Positions 1 through 6,947 of a stretch of 28,359 nt of DNA are shown here, piece after piece (the stretch's first letter is position 1; each line of letters begins with the position of its first letter). This DNA is from a virus. Its lineage: Duplodnaviria > Caudoviricetes. The stretch is taken from positions 1-28,359 of the IMG/VR virus record IMGVR_UViG_3300037515_000213; one strand, written 5' to 3'. The notes below the pieces were generated by a model. That model saw only the letters and a program-made list of their open reading frames with translations, was not told the origin of the DNA and ran no database searches. A program made the translations under genes and the position numbers.

Positions 1-1662
1 AGTCGTCCAGATAACCTGAAGGCCGTTGATGAACGCTTCCCACGCCAACTTCAGCGCGTTCCATACGGTTTCAGCAACGAGCTTAATGGCGTTCCAGACA
101 GTACTCCAAGCCGTAGAGAGGGCTGTGGATACGGTCGTCCATGTCGTCGAGAACGCTGTACACACAGCGTTCCAGGCGGTCTTGAGGGCGTTCCAGACTG
201 CCTCGACGGCGACCTTGATGGCGTTCCAGGTTGCGTTCCAGGCTGTCGTCAGGGCTCCGGACACCGCCTGCCAGGCGGTCACGAAGGCGCCAGAGAAGGC
301 GGCCCAGGCGACCTGCAAGGCATTCCAGACCGTCTGAGCGGCAAGCTTTATGGCATTCCAGACCGTAGTCCAGTTGTTGATGAGCAGGATGAGGCCGCCG
401 ACCGGACCGAGGAGGAGGAGGCAGAACTGAGTCCAGCCAGTCGTCAGGAAGTTCCATACAGCTTCAGCCGCCACCTTCATCGCGTTCCAGGTCGCGTTCC
501 AAGCCGTCTTGAGCGCGCCAGAGACGGTGTCCCAGTTCTTGACGAGCAGGACGATACCGGCGATCAGGGCGGCGATGGCCAGGACGACCAGGCCGATCGT
601 CGAAGCCGTGAACGCTAGGTTCAGGACGAACCAGGCAGCGGCGACGGCGCGAATCATGGCGGCCAGTTTGCCTATGACTAGGAGGGCCAGAACGGCAACC
701 TTCCAGGCTATGAACGCCCGGACGATGTTAGCGAGAACCTCCGGGGGGAGTGCGGCCACCAGCTTGAGCATGGTCGTGACCAATCCAAGCGACAGTGGGC
801 CGAGGTCCTTCATGACTGCCCCGATGTTCTTCAGGGCATCCCAGAGCGCCTTCCAGAACTCACGTACCTGTGGAGAGACTTCCTTGACGTAGGCCAGGAA
901 TCGCTGGAACCCGCCACCGTCGGACCAGGCTTTTAGAGATTCGGCACCCCTGCGAATACTTGCCGCCAACTCAACACTGCTAGGCAGAAAGGCCCGGAAG
1001 CCGTCTCCGACAACGTTGAGGAACGCCTTACCGGCAGCCACCAGGTCGCGGAATGCGGGGACGGCGGCGTCCTTGATCAGCGAGGCGTACGCCTTGAAGC
1101 CAGTGCCAGACTTGGCCCAGTTCTCGAATGCGACCGCAACCTTCGTAACCTCGGGAGCTATTGCCTTTGCTACAGGCTCAAGTCCCCGAAGTATGCTAGT
1201 CATCCCCTTGAGGGCGGCCGACGCCGCCTTCAGGCTTTCATCGCGGAAACTGGAACCGAAGTTTGCCATGGTCTTGTTGTAGGTCTCTTGGGACTTGATG
1301 AAGTCCTTCTGGGCCGACGAGAGCGTCTTGCCAGCTTTCGCCATCTCTTCGGTCGACTTGATGGCGTTTTTCATCGCCAGACCGTAGGCACCCAGGGAGA
1401 CTCCGACCGTAGCTGCCATAGTGGTTGCGGCGGCGCCGACGGCGAGGAGGTGGGCGCTGATTGGGACGAGGGCGGGTCCGAAGACGGCTGCCGCCTTCGT
1501 CGCCAGGATGATGCGCGCAGACCACGAGTTCAGAGAGTTCGTGGAACGCCTGGTGTCGCCGTCGAAGTCGTTGATGTCGCGACGGGCAGCGCGGACGCCG
1601 GAGCCGTCATAGGTCGAAAAGATGCTGAAGCCAAGGGAGTTCAACGTCGCGATCGTACTCAC
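1..1662 (-). CDS. Tape measure protein, N-terminal part (runs off the window's left edge)
   Basis: Not in the ORF track because there is no stop in the window. Manual translation of both ends: MSTIATLNSLGFSIFSTYDGSG... from GTG 1662; Ala-rich, with Trp-periodic repeats (VWNAIKLAAQTVWNALQVAW, TWNAIKVAVEAVWNALKTAW) at 1-510. Follows the tail assembly chaperones. Start codon uncertain. Confidence 0.92.
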   Translation of the reverse strand, partial: MSTIATLNSLGFSIFSTYDGSGVRAARRDINDFDGDTRRSTNSLNSWSARIILATKAAAVFGPALVPISAHLLAVGAAATTMAATVGVSLGAYGLAMKNAIKSTEEMAKAGKTLSSAQKDFIKSQETYNKTMANFGSSFRDESLKAASAALKGMTSILRGLEPVAKAIAPEVTKVAVAFENWAKSGTGFKAYASLIKDAAVPAFRDLVAAGKAFLNVVGDGFRAFLPSSVELAASIRRGAESLKAWSDGGGFQRFLAYVKEVSPQVREFWKALWDALKNIGAVMKDLGPLSLGLVTTMLKLVAALPPEVLANIVRAFIAWKVAVLALLVIGKLAAMIRAVAAAWFVLNLAFTASTIGLVVLAIAALIAGIVLLVKNWDTVSGALKTAWNATWNAMKVAAEAVWNFLTTGWTQFCLLLLGPVGGLILLINNWTTVWNAIKLAAQTVWNALQVAWAAFSGAFVTAWQAVSGALTTAWNATWNAIKVAVEAVWNALKTAWNAVCTAFSTTWTTVSTALSTAWSTVWNAIKLVAETVWNALKLAWEAFINGLQVIWTT

Positions 1663-1707
1663 CCCTCCACAAGGTTGGCAATCCCCTTGCGGAGGAGTGC
1701 AGTTGCG

Positions 1708-2145
1708 TCACTTCCCTTGAGACATGTTGGCGAATGGGTCCGTGGCGGGGTCGTACTCGCCAGAGGGTTTCGCCGTCTCTTCTTCTTCGTCGTACAGGTC
1801 GTCGTACTCGTCGCCCTCATCTTCCTCGTCAGACTCGTCGTCTTCCGAGGGTAGATACAGGCTGTCGGCACGAATGGCCTTCTGGAACTTCCCAGCAGGA
1901 TTCTTCTTACCCTTCTTGGTGATTGCCGCACCAGTCAGGAGATTGTTGACCTGGACCAACTCGTGTAGTTGCGCGATCATTTCACGCTCGTACGTTGAAT
2001 CCAAAGATCCAGTGGCCCGCTCGTACGCTTCCCATTCCTTGTACTCGCGGGCCGACATGCTAGCCATCATCCGGTCGATGTCCGGACGACGCATAGCAAG
2101 TGCTAGTCGGAACTTGAATCGTCGGTCTGGTCGTCGTCGAAATCC
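1708..2145 (-). CDS. Tail assembly chaperone C-terminal extension (gpT-like), probably made as a G-T fusion by -1 frameshift
   Basis: Frame is open from 2157, upstream of the first ATG (2094): FRRRPDRRFKFRLALAMRRPDIDRMMASMSAREYKEWEAYE, with an acidic tail. Overlaps the end of the chaperone ORF in the -1 frame. Confidence 0.82.
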   Translation of the reverse strand, partial: GFRRRPDRRFKFRLALAMRRPDIDRMMASMSAREYKEWEAYERATGSLDSTYEREMIAQLHELVQVNNLLTGAAITKKGKKNPAGKFQKAIRADSLYLPSEDDESDEEDEGDEYDDLYDEEEETAKPSGEYDPATDPFANMSQGK

Positions 2146-2570
2146 TCGGTCAGATCCTTAAGGTCGTCCTCGCTGAACGCGGACATCTCGTTGATCTTGT
2201 TGAACACGCGCTGGAGGCCGGACGCCGGGAGACTGCCTAGGGTCTTGATGTCGTGCCGGGTGAACATCGGGGCGCCGGCGTCATCCCTGACGGCGGCCAA
2301 CTGCACCAGCCGGGCACGGAAGTTCTCGTTGTTCATCTGCTGACGGCCGTTTTTGCCCATCTTCACCATCGACGACTCGAAGTCGTCGCGCTCCTTGGCC
2401 GACAGGTGCTTCAGTCGGACCTTGCCGCCCCACTCCGGGACGTCCACGACCTCGATGACGAGGGTGGGCTGCTCCAGGATCTGGGCGGCGGTCAGGAAGC
2501 CGTTGCTCGCCGGGGTGGCCTCAGCCTTCGGGGCGGGGGCGGGGGCGTCGTACTCGGTCTCAGTGCTCAC
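2103..2570 (-). CDS. Tail assembly chaperone (gpG-like)
   Basis: 155 aa with VEVPEWGG-like motif (VDVPEWGGKVRLKHLSAKERDDFE); lies between tail tube and tape measure; AAGGAG RBS upstream. Confidence 0.88.
   Translation of the reverse strand: MSTETEYDAPAPAPKAEATPASNGFLTAAQILEQPTLVIEVVDVPEWGGKVRLKHLSAKERDDFESSMVKMGKNGRQQMNNENFRARLVQLAAVRDDAGAPMFTRHDIKTLGSLPASGLQRVFNKINEMSAFSEDDLKDLTEDFDDDQTDDSSSD
2139..2145 (-). other. Candidate -1 slippery site G GAT TTC
   Basis: mRNA GAG GAT TTC in the G frame becomes GGA TTT CGA in the T frame; lies within the only overlap of the two open frames (2157-2103). Confidence 0.6.
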
Positions 2571-2952
2571 GGGTCTCTCCTTCTACTTCACGGGTCGGTG
2601 TGGGCTTAATGCCCAGGCGGCTGAGCAGGATCTCGAAGCGCCTCGTGTTGCGAAGCTGCTCGTAGGGATATGCCTGCGCTACTGCCGTCATCTCCAGGGC
2701 TTCGACCTCGCGCTTGCGAAGGTCTTCCCTGTTCGATCGCTCCTGGACTGTTTCGACGAGGGTGGACTTGCCGACCAGGATGGCCAGCTTCTCCAGAGCC
2801 TTCCGCTGACGCGTCTCGTCCGACCGCTCTCGGTCGAACTGCCGTACGCGTTCCGCGACTTCTTCCAGTGAGCTTTCGTCGATGCCGAGTAGAGCAGGAA
2901 GTCGATTCAAGCCTGATCGCTTGATCTGTCCTGTGATATCTCGTTCTGTCAT
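2560..2952 (-). CDS. Hypothetical charged, probably helical protein (~130 aa)
   Basis: ATG 2952 (MTERDITGQIK...) with purine-rich leader; fills the gap between the gp10-like gene and the chaperone. The ORF-track start at 3033 runs through a hairpin. Confidence 0.6.
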   Translation of the reverse strand: MTERDITGQIKRSGLNRLPALLGIDESSLEEVAERVRQFDRERSDETRQRKALEKLAILVGKSTLVETVQERSNREDLRKREVEALEMTAVAQAYPYEQLRNTRRFEILLSRLGIKPTPTREVEGETREH

Positions 2953-2983
2953 CGCTACTTCTTTCACGGGCCTTCGAGTTGAA

Positions 2984-3017
2984 GACGGCGAGGGGGACCC
3001 GCGCACCCCTCGCCGTC
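2984..3017 (-). promoter_or_regulatory. Perfect 12-bp GC-rich hairpin with 10-nt loop
   Basis: gacggcgagggg (2984-2995) and cccctcgccgtc (3006-3017); mRNA loop UGCGCGGGUC. Confidence 0.7.
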
Positions 3018-3033
3018 GCTTGTGGACCGGCAC

Positions 3034-3516
3034 CTAGAACATTCTCTCGGCGTGATCGAGTGCGTTACCTATCGCTCTCTCGATGTCGTCGTCGCTGTCC
3101 GCTATCGTGTCGGTGAACCAACCAGGCTTGGTCGGTACCGACTGGTACCAGTGGTTTTTGTTTCCGAATAGCGGGTGGCGCCACCCCTTGACCTCGTCAA
3201 GCCCCCTGGGAATCGGCGACTCGCTGACGTCCGCCATGCTTGTATAGATGCGGAAGTAGGCAGTGGACTTGGTGCTGATGCCCTTTCGGACGCCAACACC
3301 GGATGCCACCCGGGCCCGCAGACCTGTATGACCGGTCCCGGGGCCGCCCCGCACTCCCGCGCGCATGACCTTGGACTTGGCGCGCCTCACGACCGGGTCG
3401 AGAGCGTCTTCCAGCTCTTCTTCGACCCAGTCGGGAAGCTCGTTGTCGACGACGCGCAGCTTGGCCGCAGCGGCCTTCCACTCCGGGCCCGTAACGACCC
3501 ATACGCGCGTCGGCAT
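3034..3516 (-). CDS. HK97 gp10-like neck/tail-completion protein
   Basis: 160 aa with HTGLRARVASGV, GWRHPLFG and PGWF motifs typical of this family; in the tail module. Confidence 0.65.
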   Translation of the reverse strand: MPTRVWVVTGPEWKAAAAKLRVVDNELPDWVEEELEDALDPVVRRAKSKVMRAGVRGGPGTGHTGLRARVASGVGVRKGISTKSTAYFRIYTSMADVSESPIPRGLDEVKGWRHPLFGNKNHWYQSVPTKPGWFTDTIADSDDDIERAIGNALDHAERMF

Positions 3517-3519
3517 CGG

Positions 3520-3936
3520 TTACGCCGTGGCGCGAGTGAACGTACCCCGCTGGACGTTGAAGGTGACCTCGGTCTCGGAGAGGTCGCCGACGTCACCAGC
3601 GAGGGGCTGGTACTCCAGCAGGATGCAGGTTCCCGTGTACTTCGGGTTGGACGCCGACACCGAGCTGGAACGCGGCCGGATCTCGACGACGAACTCGTTC
3701 TCGTTGTTCCACAGCGGGAACAGAACGGAGTCGACCGAGTTGGCGTCAAAGTCCTGCTGGAAAGTGACGGTGAAACTATTGTCCTGAAGACCGTGAACCC
3801 GCTCACGGCCGGAGCCGGAGAAGTTGGTTGTCTCAACCTCGTCCTTCGACATGTTGACTTCACATGAAGAGACGTGGTCAGAGAACACGGTTCCATTCAC
3901 GACGACGTAGCAGTCGCGCAACACCAGTTTAGCCAT
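3520..3936 (-). CDS. Major tail (tube) protein
   Basis: 138 aa beta-rich: DEVETTNFSGSGRERVHGLQDNSFTVTFQQD, NPKYTGTCIL, GDVGDLSETEVTF; GGAAGG RBS. Confidence 0.87.
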   Translation of the reverse strand: MAKLVLRDCYVVVNGTVFSDHVSSCEVNMSKDEVETTNFSGSGRERVHGLQDNSFTVTFQQDFDANSVDSVLFPLWNNENEFVVEIRPRSSSVSASNPKYTGTCILLEYQPLAGDVGDLSETEVTFNVQRGTFTRATA

Positions 3937-3940
3937 GACG

Positions 3941-3970
3941 TAGACCTTCCCTTAGTACTCGTGGTAGGCT
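3941..3970 (+). promoter_or_regulatory. Putative sigma70/HrdB-type promoter for a leaderless HNH transcript
   Basis: TAGACC (3941-3946), 18-nt spacer ending in TGG, TAGGCT (3965-3970), then 7 nt to ATG 3978; no SD. Confidence 0.5.
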
Positions 3971-3977
3971 TAGCGTC

Positions 3978-4766
3978 ATGACACCCAAGCCAATACCGTG
4001 TGCATTCTGTGGTGAATCCTTCACGCCCCGACAGGCCGGGCGAGGTAAGTACTGCCGCCATGCGTGCTATGCCGACAGCCGCAGGATGAAGCCGATCACC
4101 GAAGGTGTAGAAAACCGGACAACGATGATCAAGGGGCACCCGATCGCCCCACCGAGCGGACAGGTCGCAATCGCTCGACTCAACCTCTACGAGAAGATCG
4201 GACCCGGCACGCACGCCTGTAACTGGTGCGGCAGGGACGTGACCTGGCAGTTGGGGCATTACGCCCCAGGTAATCTGATAGCAGATCACCTGAACTGGGA
4301 CACTACCGACGACTCGCCCAGCAACCTTGTCCCTAGTTGTAGCAACTGCAACACGCATCGCCGCAGTTCGGGCGATAATAGGAGGATCGAAAGCGGCGAA
4401 CTGACAGTGGAGTACGGCGCCGGAGTGACGCGCGCATCAAAGCTCGTGTGCGAAAACGAAGAGTGCGGCAAAGAGTTCCTAGCCGCACTGAACGCCAGTC
4501 GTCGCTTCTGCTCACAAGAGTGTTACCACTCAAGCAAAACGGCGATGCGTCCCGTCGAGCACACCTGTGAACGCTGCAACGGCGCATTCCCGGCAGCCCG
4601 CAGCGCTAAGCGCCGATTCTGCTCGCAGGAGTGCTTCGTCGCCGCGCGCAAGAAGCAGGTTGAATACACCTGCAAGCGCTGCCTGAACAAGTTCTCGGAC
4701 TCGCGTAGCTCCAAGCGCATTTACTGCTCAGGTCACTGCCGGGCGAAGGGACCGATGAAGGCTTAG
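3978..4766 (+). CDS. HNH endonuclease with multiple Cys4 zinc-finger repeats
   Basis: CNWC...ADHLNWDTTDDSPSNLVPSCSNCN HNH core plus four CxxC...(Y/F)Cxx xC units. The only convincing plus-strand gene; its stop overlaps the stop at 4763. Confidence 0.85.
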   Translation: MTPKPIPCAFCGESFTPRQAGRGKYCRHACYADSRRMKPITEGVENRTTMIKGHPIAPPSGQVAIARLNLYEKIGPGTHACNWCGRDVTWQLGHYAPGNLIADHLNWDTTDDSPSNLVPSCSNCNTHRRSSGDNRRIESGELTVEYGAGVTRASKLVCENEECGKEFLAALNASRRFCSQECYHSSKTAMRPVEHTCERCNGAFPAARSAKRRFCSQECFVAARKKQVEYTCKRCLNKFSDSRSSKRIYCSGHCRAKGPMKA

Positions 4767-5110
4767 CCCATCCGGACGATTGCGACGGTGACGCCGGTGA
4801 TGCTGTCGTTGGCCAGCGTGCAGCGACCGCTACCATCACCGGCGTCATACGCCTTGCGGAGCGGTATCCAGCGGTACGTCGGCGTGACGTCCCCGGCGGC
4901 CAGGGCGAAGGTTGCGGCGGGGTTTGCGACGCCGTACGAGGTGGTGCCCGGCACGGTGATGCTGATATTGGAGGTGCCAGCGCTCGTCTTCTTGTAGACG
5001 GCGAACACGTTGGAGCCGTTGCCTACTTCGGCGGTGTCGGACGCGGCGGACGACACCGGAGTGGGTGCGGTACCGGCGACGACGATGTCCTGTGTGACTA
5101 GAGCAGCCAT
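4763..5110 (-). CDS. Small beta-rich virion protein, paralog 2
   Basis: 115 aa; aligns by eye with 5136-5489 (MAALxTQ, EVGNG, FAVYK, WIPLRK, VTVAxVR); AAAGGAG RBS. Confidence 0.75.
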   Translation of the reverse strand: MAALVTQDIVVAGTAPTPVSSAASDTAEVGNGSNVFAVYKKTSAGTSNISITVPGTTSYGVANPAATFALAAGDVTPTYRWIPLRKAYDAGDGSGRCTLANDSITGVTVAIVRMG

Positions 5111-5135
5111 TGCGGTACTCCTTTCTGTTTAGAGG

Positions 5136-5489
5136 TCAGGCGCCGACGCGGACGACGGCTACGGTGACATCGGTGGCGGAGTCGCTGACGTTGAGGACGG
5201 CCCGGCCGATACCGGCTTCGGCGGTGTCGATGTAGATCTTCCGAAGCGGGATCCACGTTTCACCGGTGTCGGCGGCGATGGTGTAGACCTTGCTGGGGTA
5301 GACGACGCCGGTCTCCAGCGTCGAGTGATCCATCTCGACCGTGATGGTTCGAGTGGCGACGTTGGTGTTTTTGTAGACGGCGAACGTGTCCTGCCCGTTG
5401 CCAACTTCGACATAGTCGGTGACCTCGGCGGGAGCGAAGGTCGGCGGCGTGCCAGCGTTCACGAGAGTCTGTGTGGTCAGTGCAGCCAT
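5136..5489 (-). CDS. Small beta-rich virion protein, paralog 1
   Basis: 117 aa; tandem paralog between tail terminator and tail tube genes; GAAAGG RBS. Confidence 0.75.
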   Translation of the reverse strand: MAALTTQTLVNAGTPPTFAPAEVTDYVEVGNGQDTFAVYKNTNVATRTITVEMDHSTLETGVVYPSKVYTIAADTGETWIPLRKIYIDTAEAGIGRAVLNVSDSATDVTVAVVRVGA

Positions 5490-5517
5490 TAGGCTTTACC
5501 TTTCTTGTGCGGCATAC

Positions 5518-5973
5518 CTAGAAGGCATGCACCTGTACCAGTAGTGCGGCCCCGACGTGCGGGACCTTCACCATGTCGTAACTGCCGTGGTATTCCGCCA
5601 CGCCGGTGACCATCGCGTCGACGTCCCCGAGGCCCAGGTCTGGCGTATTCCAAATCGCCTGACGCACGCTCAGGTCACCCGCCTTGTCGATGTATCTGTC
5701 CAGTTGCTGCTGCCCGCTGTCCTCGTCGGTGCGAGAGCAGAGCACCAGGATCTGGAAGCTCCACTTCTCGGTGCCGCGCGACATCGTCATCGTGAAGTCA
5801 CCGGCTTTGTTGTCGCGTCCGCCGCCGCCAGGCATAACCATGGCGCAGGGCAGGTTGATACCGCCCTTGACGTACGGATAGCAGTACAACTCGGCGTATT
5901 CATTGTCTTCTTCGTTGACGTAGGCGCGAATCGTGCTGGCCATGCCTTCACGAATCTGCTGGAGACTGGACAT
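5518..5973 (-). CDS. Tail terminator-like protein
   Basis: Start reassigned to ATG 5973 (MSSLQQIREGMASTI...) to remove the overlap with the adaptor; LPCAMVMP motif and C-terminal beta strand; canonical position. Confidence 0.7.
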   Translation of the reverse strand: MSSLQQIREGMASTIRAYVNEEDNEYAELYCYPYVKGGINLPCAMVMPGGGGRDNKAGDFTMTMSRGTEKWSFQILVLCSRTDEDSGQQQLDRYIDKAGDLSVRQAIWNTPDLGLGDVDAMVTGVAEYHGSYDMVKVPHVGAALLVQVHAF

Positions 5974-5978
5974 ACGGG

Positions 5979-6611
5979 TTAGCCAATCATGAGTCGGTTC
6001 TTGGAGTATGGGTACAGCTTGCTGACGGCCATCTTGTTCTGACGGACCCTCACGACACCAAACTCGTCGAGGCCAAGGACACCGAAAGGCGCGTCCTTCA
6101 GCTTCCAGGTTTCGGCTGCCATGATCTTGCAGGCGGCGCGGACAGGGGAGGGCACGCTGGCCCAACCCCACTTCGCCGTCACCTGCAACACGTCATCCCG
6201 GCCGCTGTAATGGCACGGGAAGCTGAGGCCGCCCAGAAGCGTAAGCTTGTAGAACGGCCAGCCGGGCATGCTGTCGATCACCCCGTCGGCCGGGTACAGC
6301 TTGTACTGCGACGCCGTCAGCGTGGTAGCGAACGACCCGTCACCCGACGAGTCGAGCTTCACCACCAGATCGGTGGTGGTCCAAAAGTCGTCCACATAGC
6401 ACCAAGTGCCGCTGTCCGGTTCGAACGTACGAGCCGTCGCCGACTCCGCACGATTGAACTGCCGGGCGCAGAAGTTTTCGATCTCCCTGCTGGCCGTGCT
6501 GACCGCGTCCTCGAACTGGTCATCCTGACCGGTAAGGTTGGCGTTCGCCTGGCCCACCAGGTAGCTCTTGAAGTCGCCTACGCTGACGTAGGGCTGCCCG
6601 ATGGCAGGCAT
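5979..6611 (-). CDS. Head-to-tail adaptor (HK97 gp6/SPP1 gp15-like)
   Basis: YVSVGDFKSYL, ASREIENFCARQF, VTAKWGWASVPSPVRAAC motifs; GGAGG RBS. Confidence 0.85.
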   Translation of the reverse strand: MPAIGQPYVSVGDFKSYLVGQANANLTGQDDQFEDAVSTASREIENFCARQFNRAESATARTFEPDSGTWCYVDDFWTTTDLVVKLDSSGDGSFATTLTASQYKLYPADGVIDSMPGWPFYKLTLLGGLSFPCHYSGRDDVLQVTAKWGWASVPSPVRAACKIMAAETWKLKDAPFGVLGLDEFGVVRVRQNKMAVSKLYPYSKNRLMIG

Positions 6612-6620
6612 TTACGCCTC

Positions 6621-6887
6621 CTAGCTGTCGGCCTTCTTCGGCGGGGCCGGAGCCGGGGGCGTCGCGACCTTGAGGGGTGCCGGTGCCGCCTTCTTGGCCG
6701 GGGCCACGACAGGCGCCGGACGGGCCGGGGCCTTGTGCTCGAACGTGGGCACGAGCAGCTTGAAGTTGGCATCCCTGCCGTCAAGCAGCGGGTGCCCCTC
6801 GCGCACAGTGGCGCCCTTCTGAATCACTCTTGAGGCACCGTCAAGCACCGTAGAGAACGAGCGGGTGGCTACGTAGATGTTGGCCAC
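6621..6887 (-). CDS. Small protein after the capsid gene with Pro/Ala/Lys-rich tail
   Basis: 88 aa, AAAGGA RBS; GATVREGHPLL motif; typical post-capsid position. Confidence 0.7.
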   Translation of the reverse strand: MANIYVATRSFSTVLDGASRVIQKGATVREGHPLLDGRDANFKLLVPTFEHKAPARPAPVVAPAKKAAPAPLKVATPPAPAPPKKADS

Positions 6888-6911
6888 TGTCGCTTCCTTT
6901 CGCTTGAGGAG

Positions 6912-6941
6912 TAGGGGCGGACCCGCCAGAGTCCGCCCCTA
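6912..6941 (-). terminator. Hairpin just downstream of the capsid stop
   Basis: 11-bp perfect stem taggggcggac/gtccgccccta with 8-nt loop; no clear U-tract, so it may be a weak terminator or an mRNA-stabilising element. Confidence 0.6.
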
Positions 6942-6947
6942 TCTCAC

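Noticed and set aside
1-510. Recurrent gcgttccag/cattccagac motifs as a possible CRISPR or ncRNA array
   Set aside because: Degenerate, codon-phased and explained by WNA protein repeats; no constant repeat with unique spacers and no cas genes.
26-1854. Plus-strand ORFs with repetitive AFQTV/AFQAV content
   Set aside because: Antisense shadows of the tape measure Trp repeats; the same applies to most plus-strand ORFs in this high-GC window.
1659-1931. 90-aa minus-strand ORF whose stop overlaps the tape measure GTG
   Set aside because: Overlaps the gpT frame almost entirely, has shadow-like composition and no clear RBS.
5974-6171. N-terminal extension of the 217-aa terminator ORF
   Set aside because: Overlaps the adaptor gene; ATG 5973 follows the adaptor stop by a few bases.
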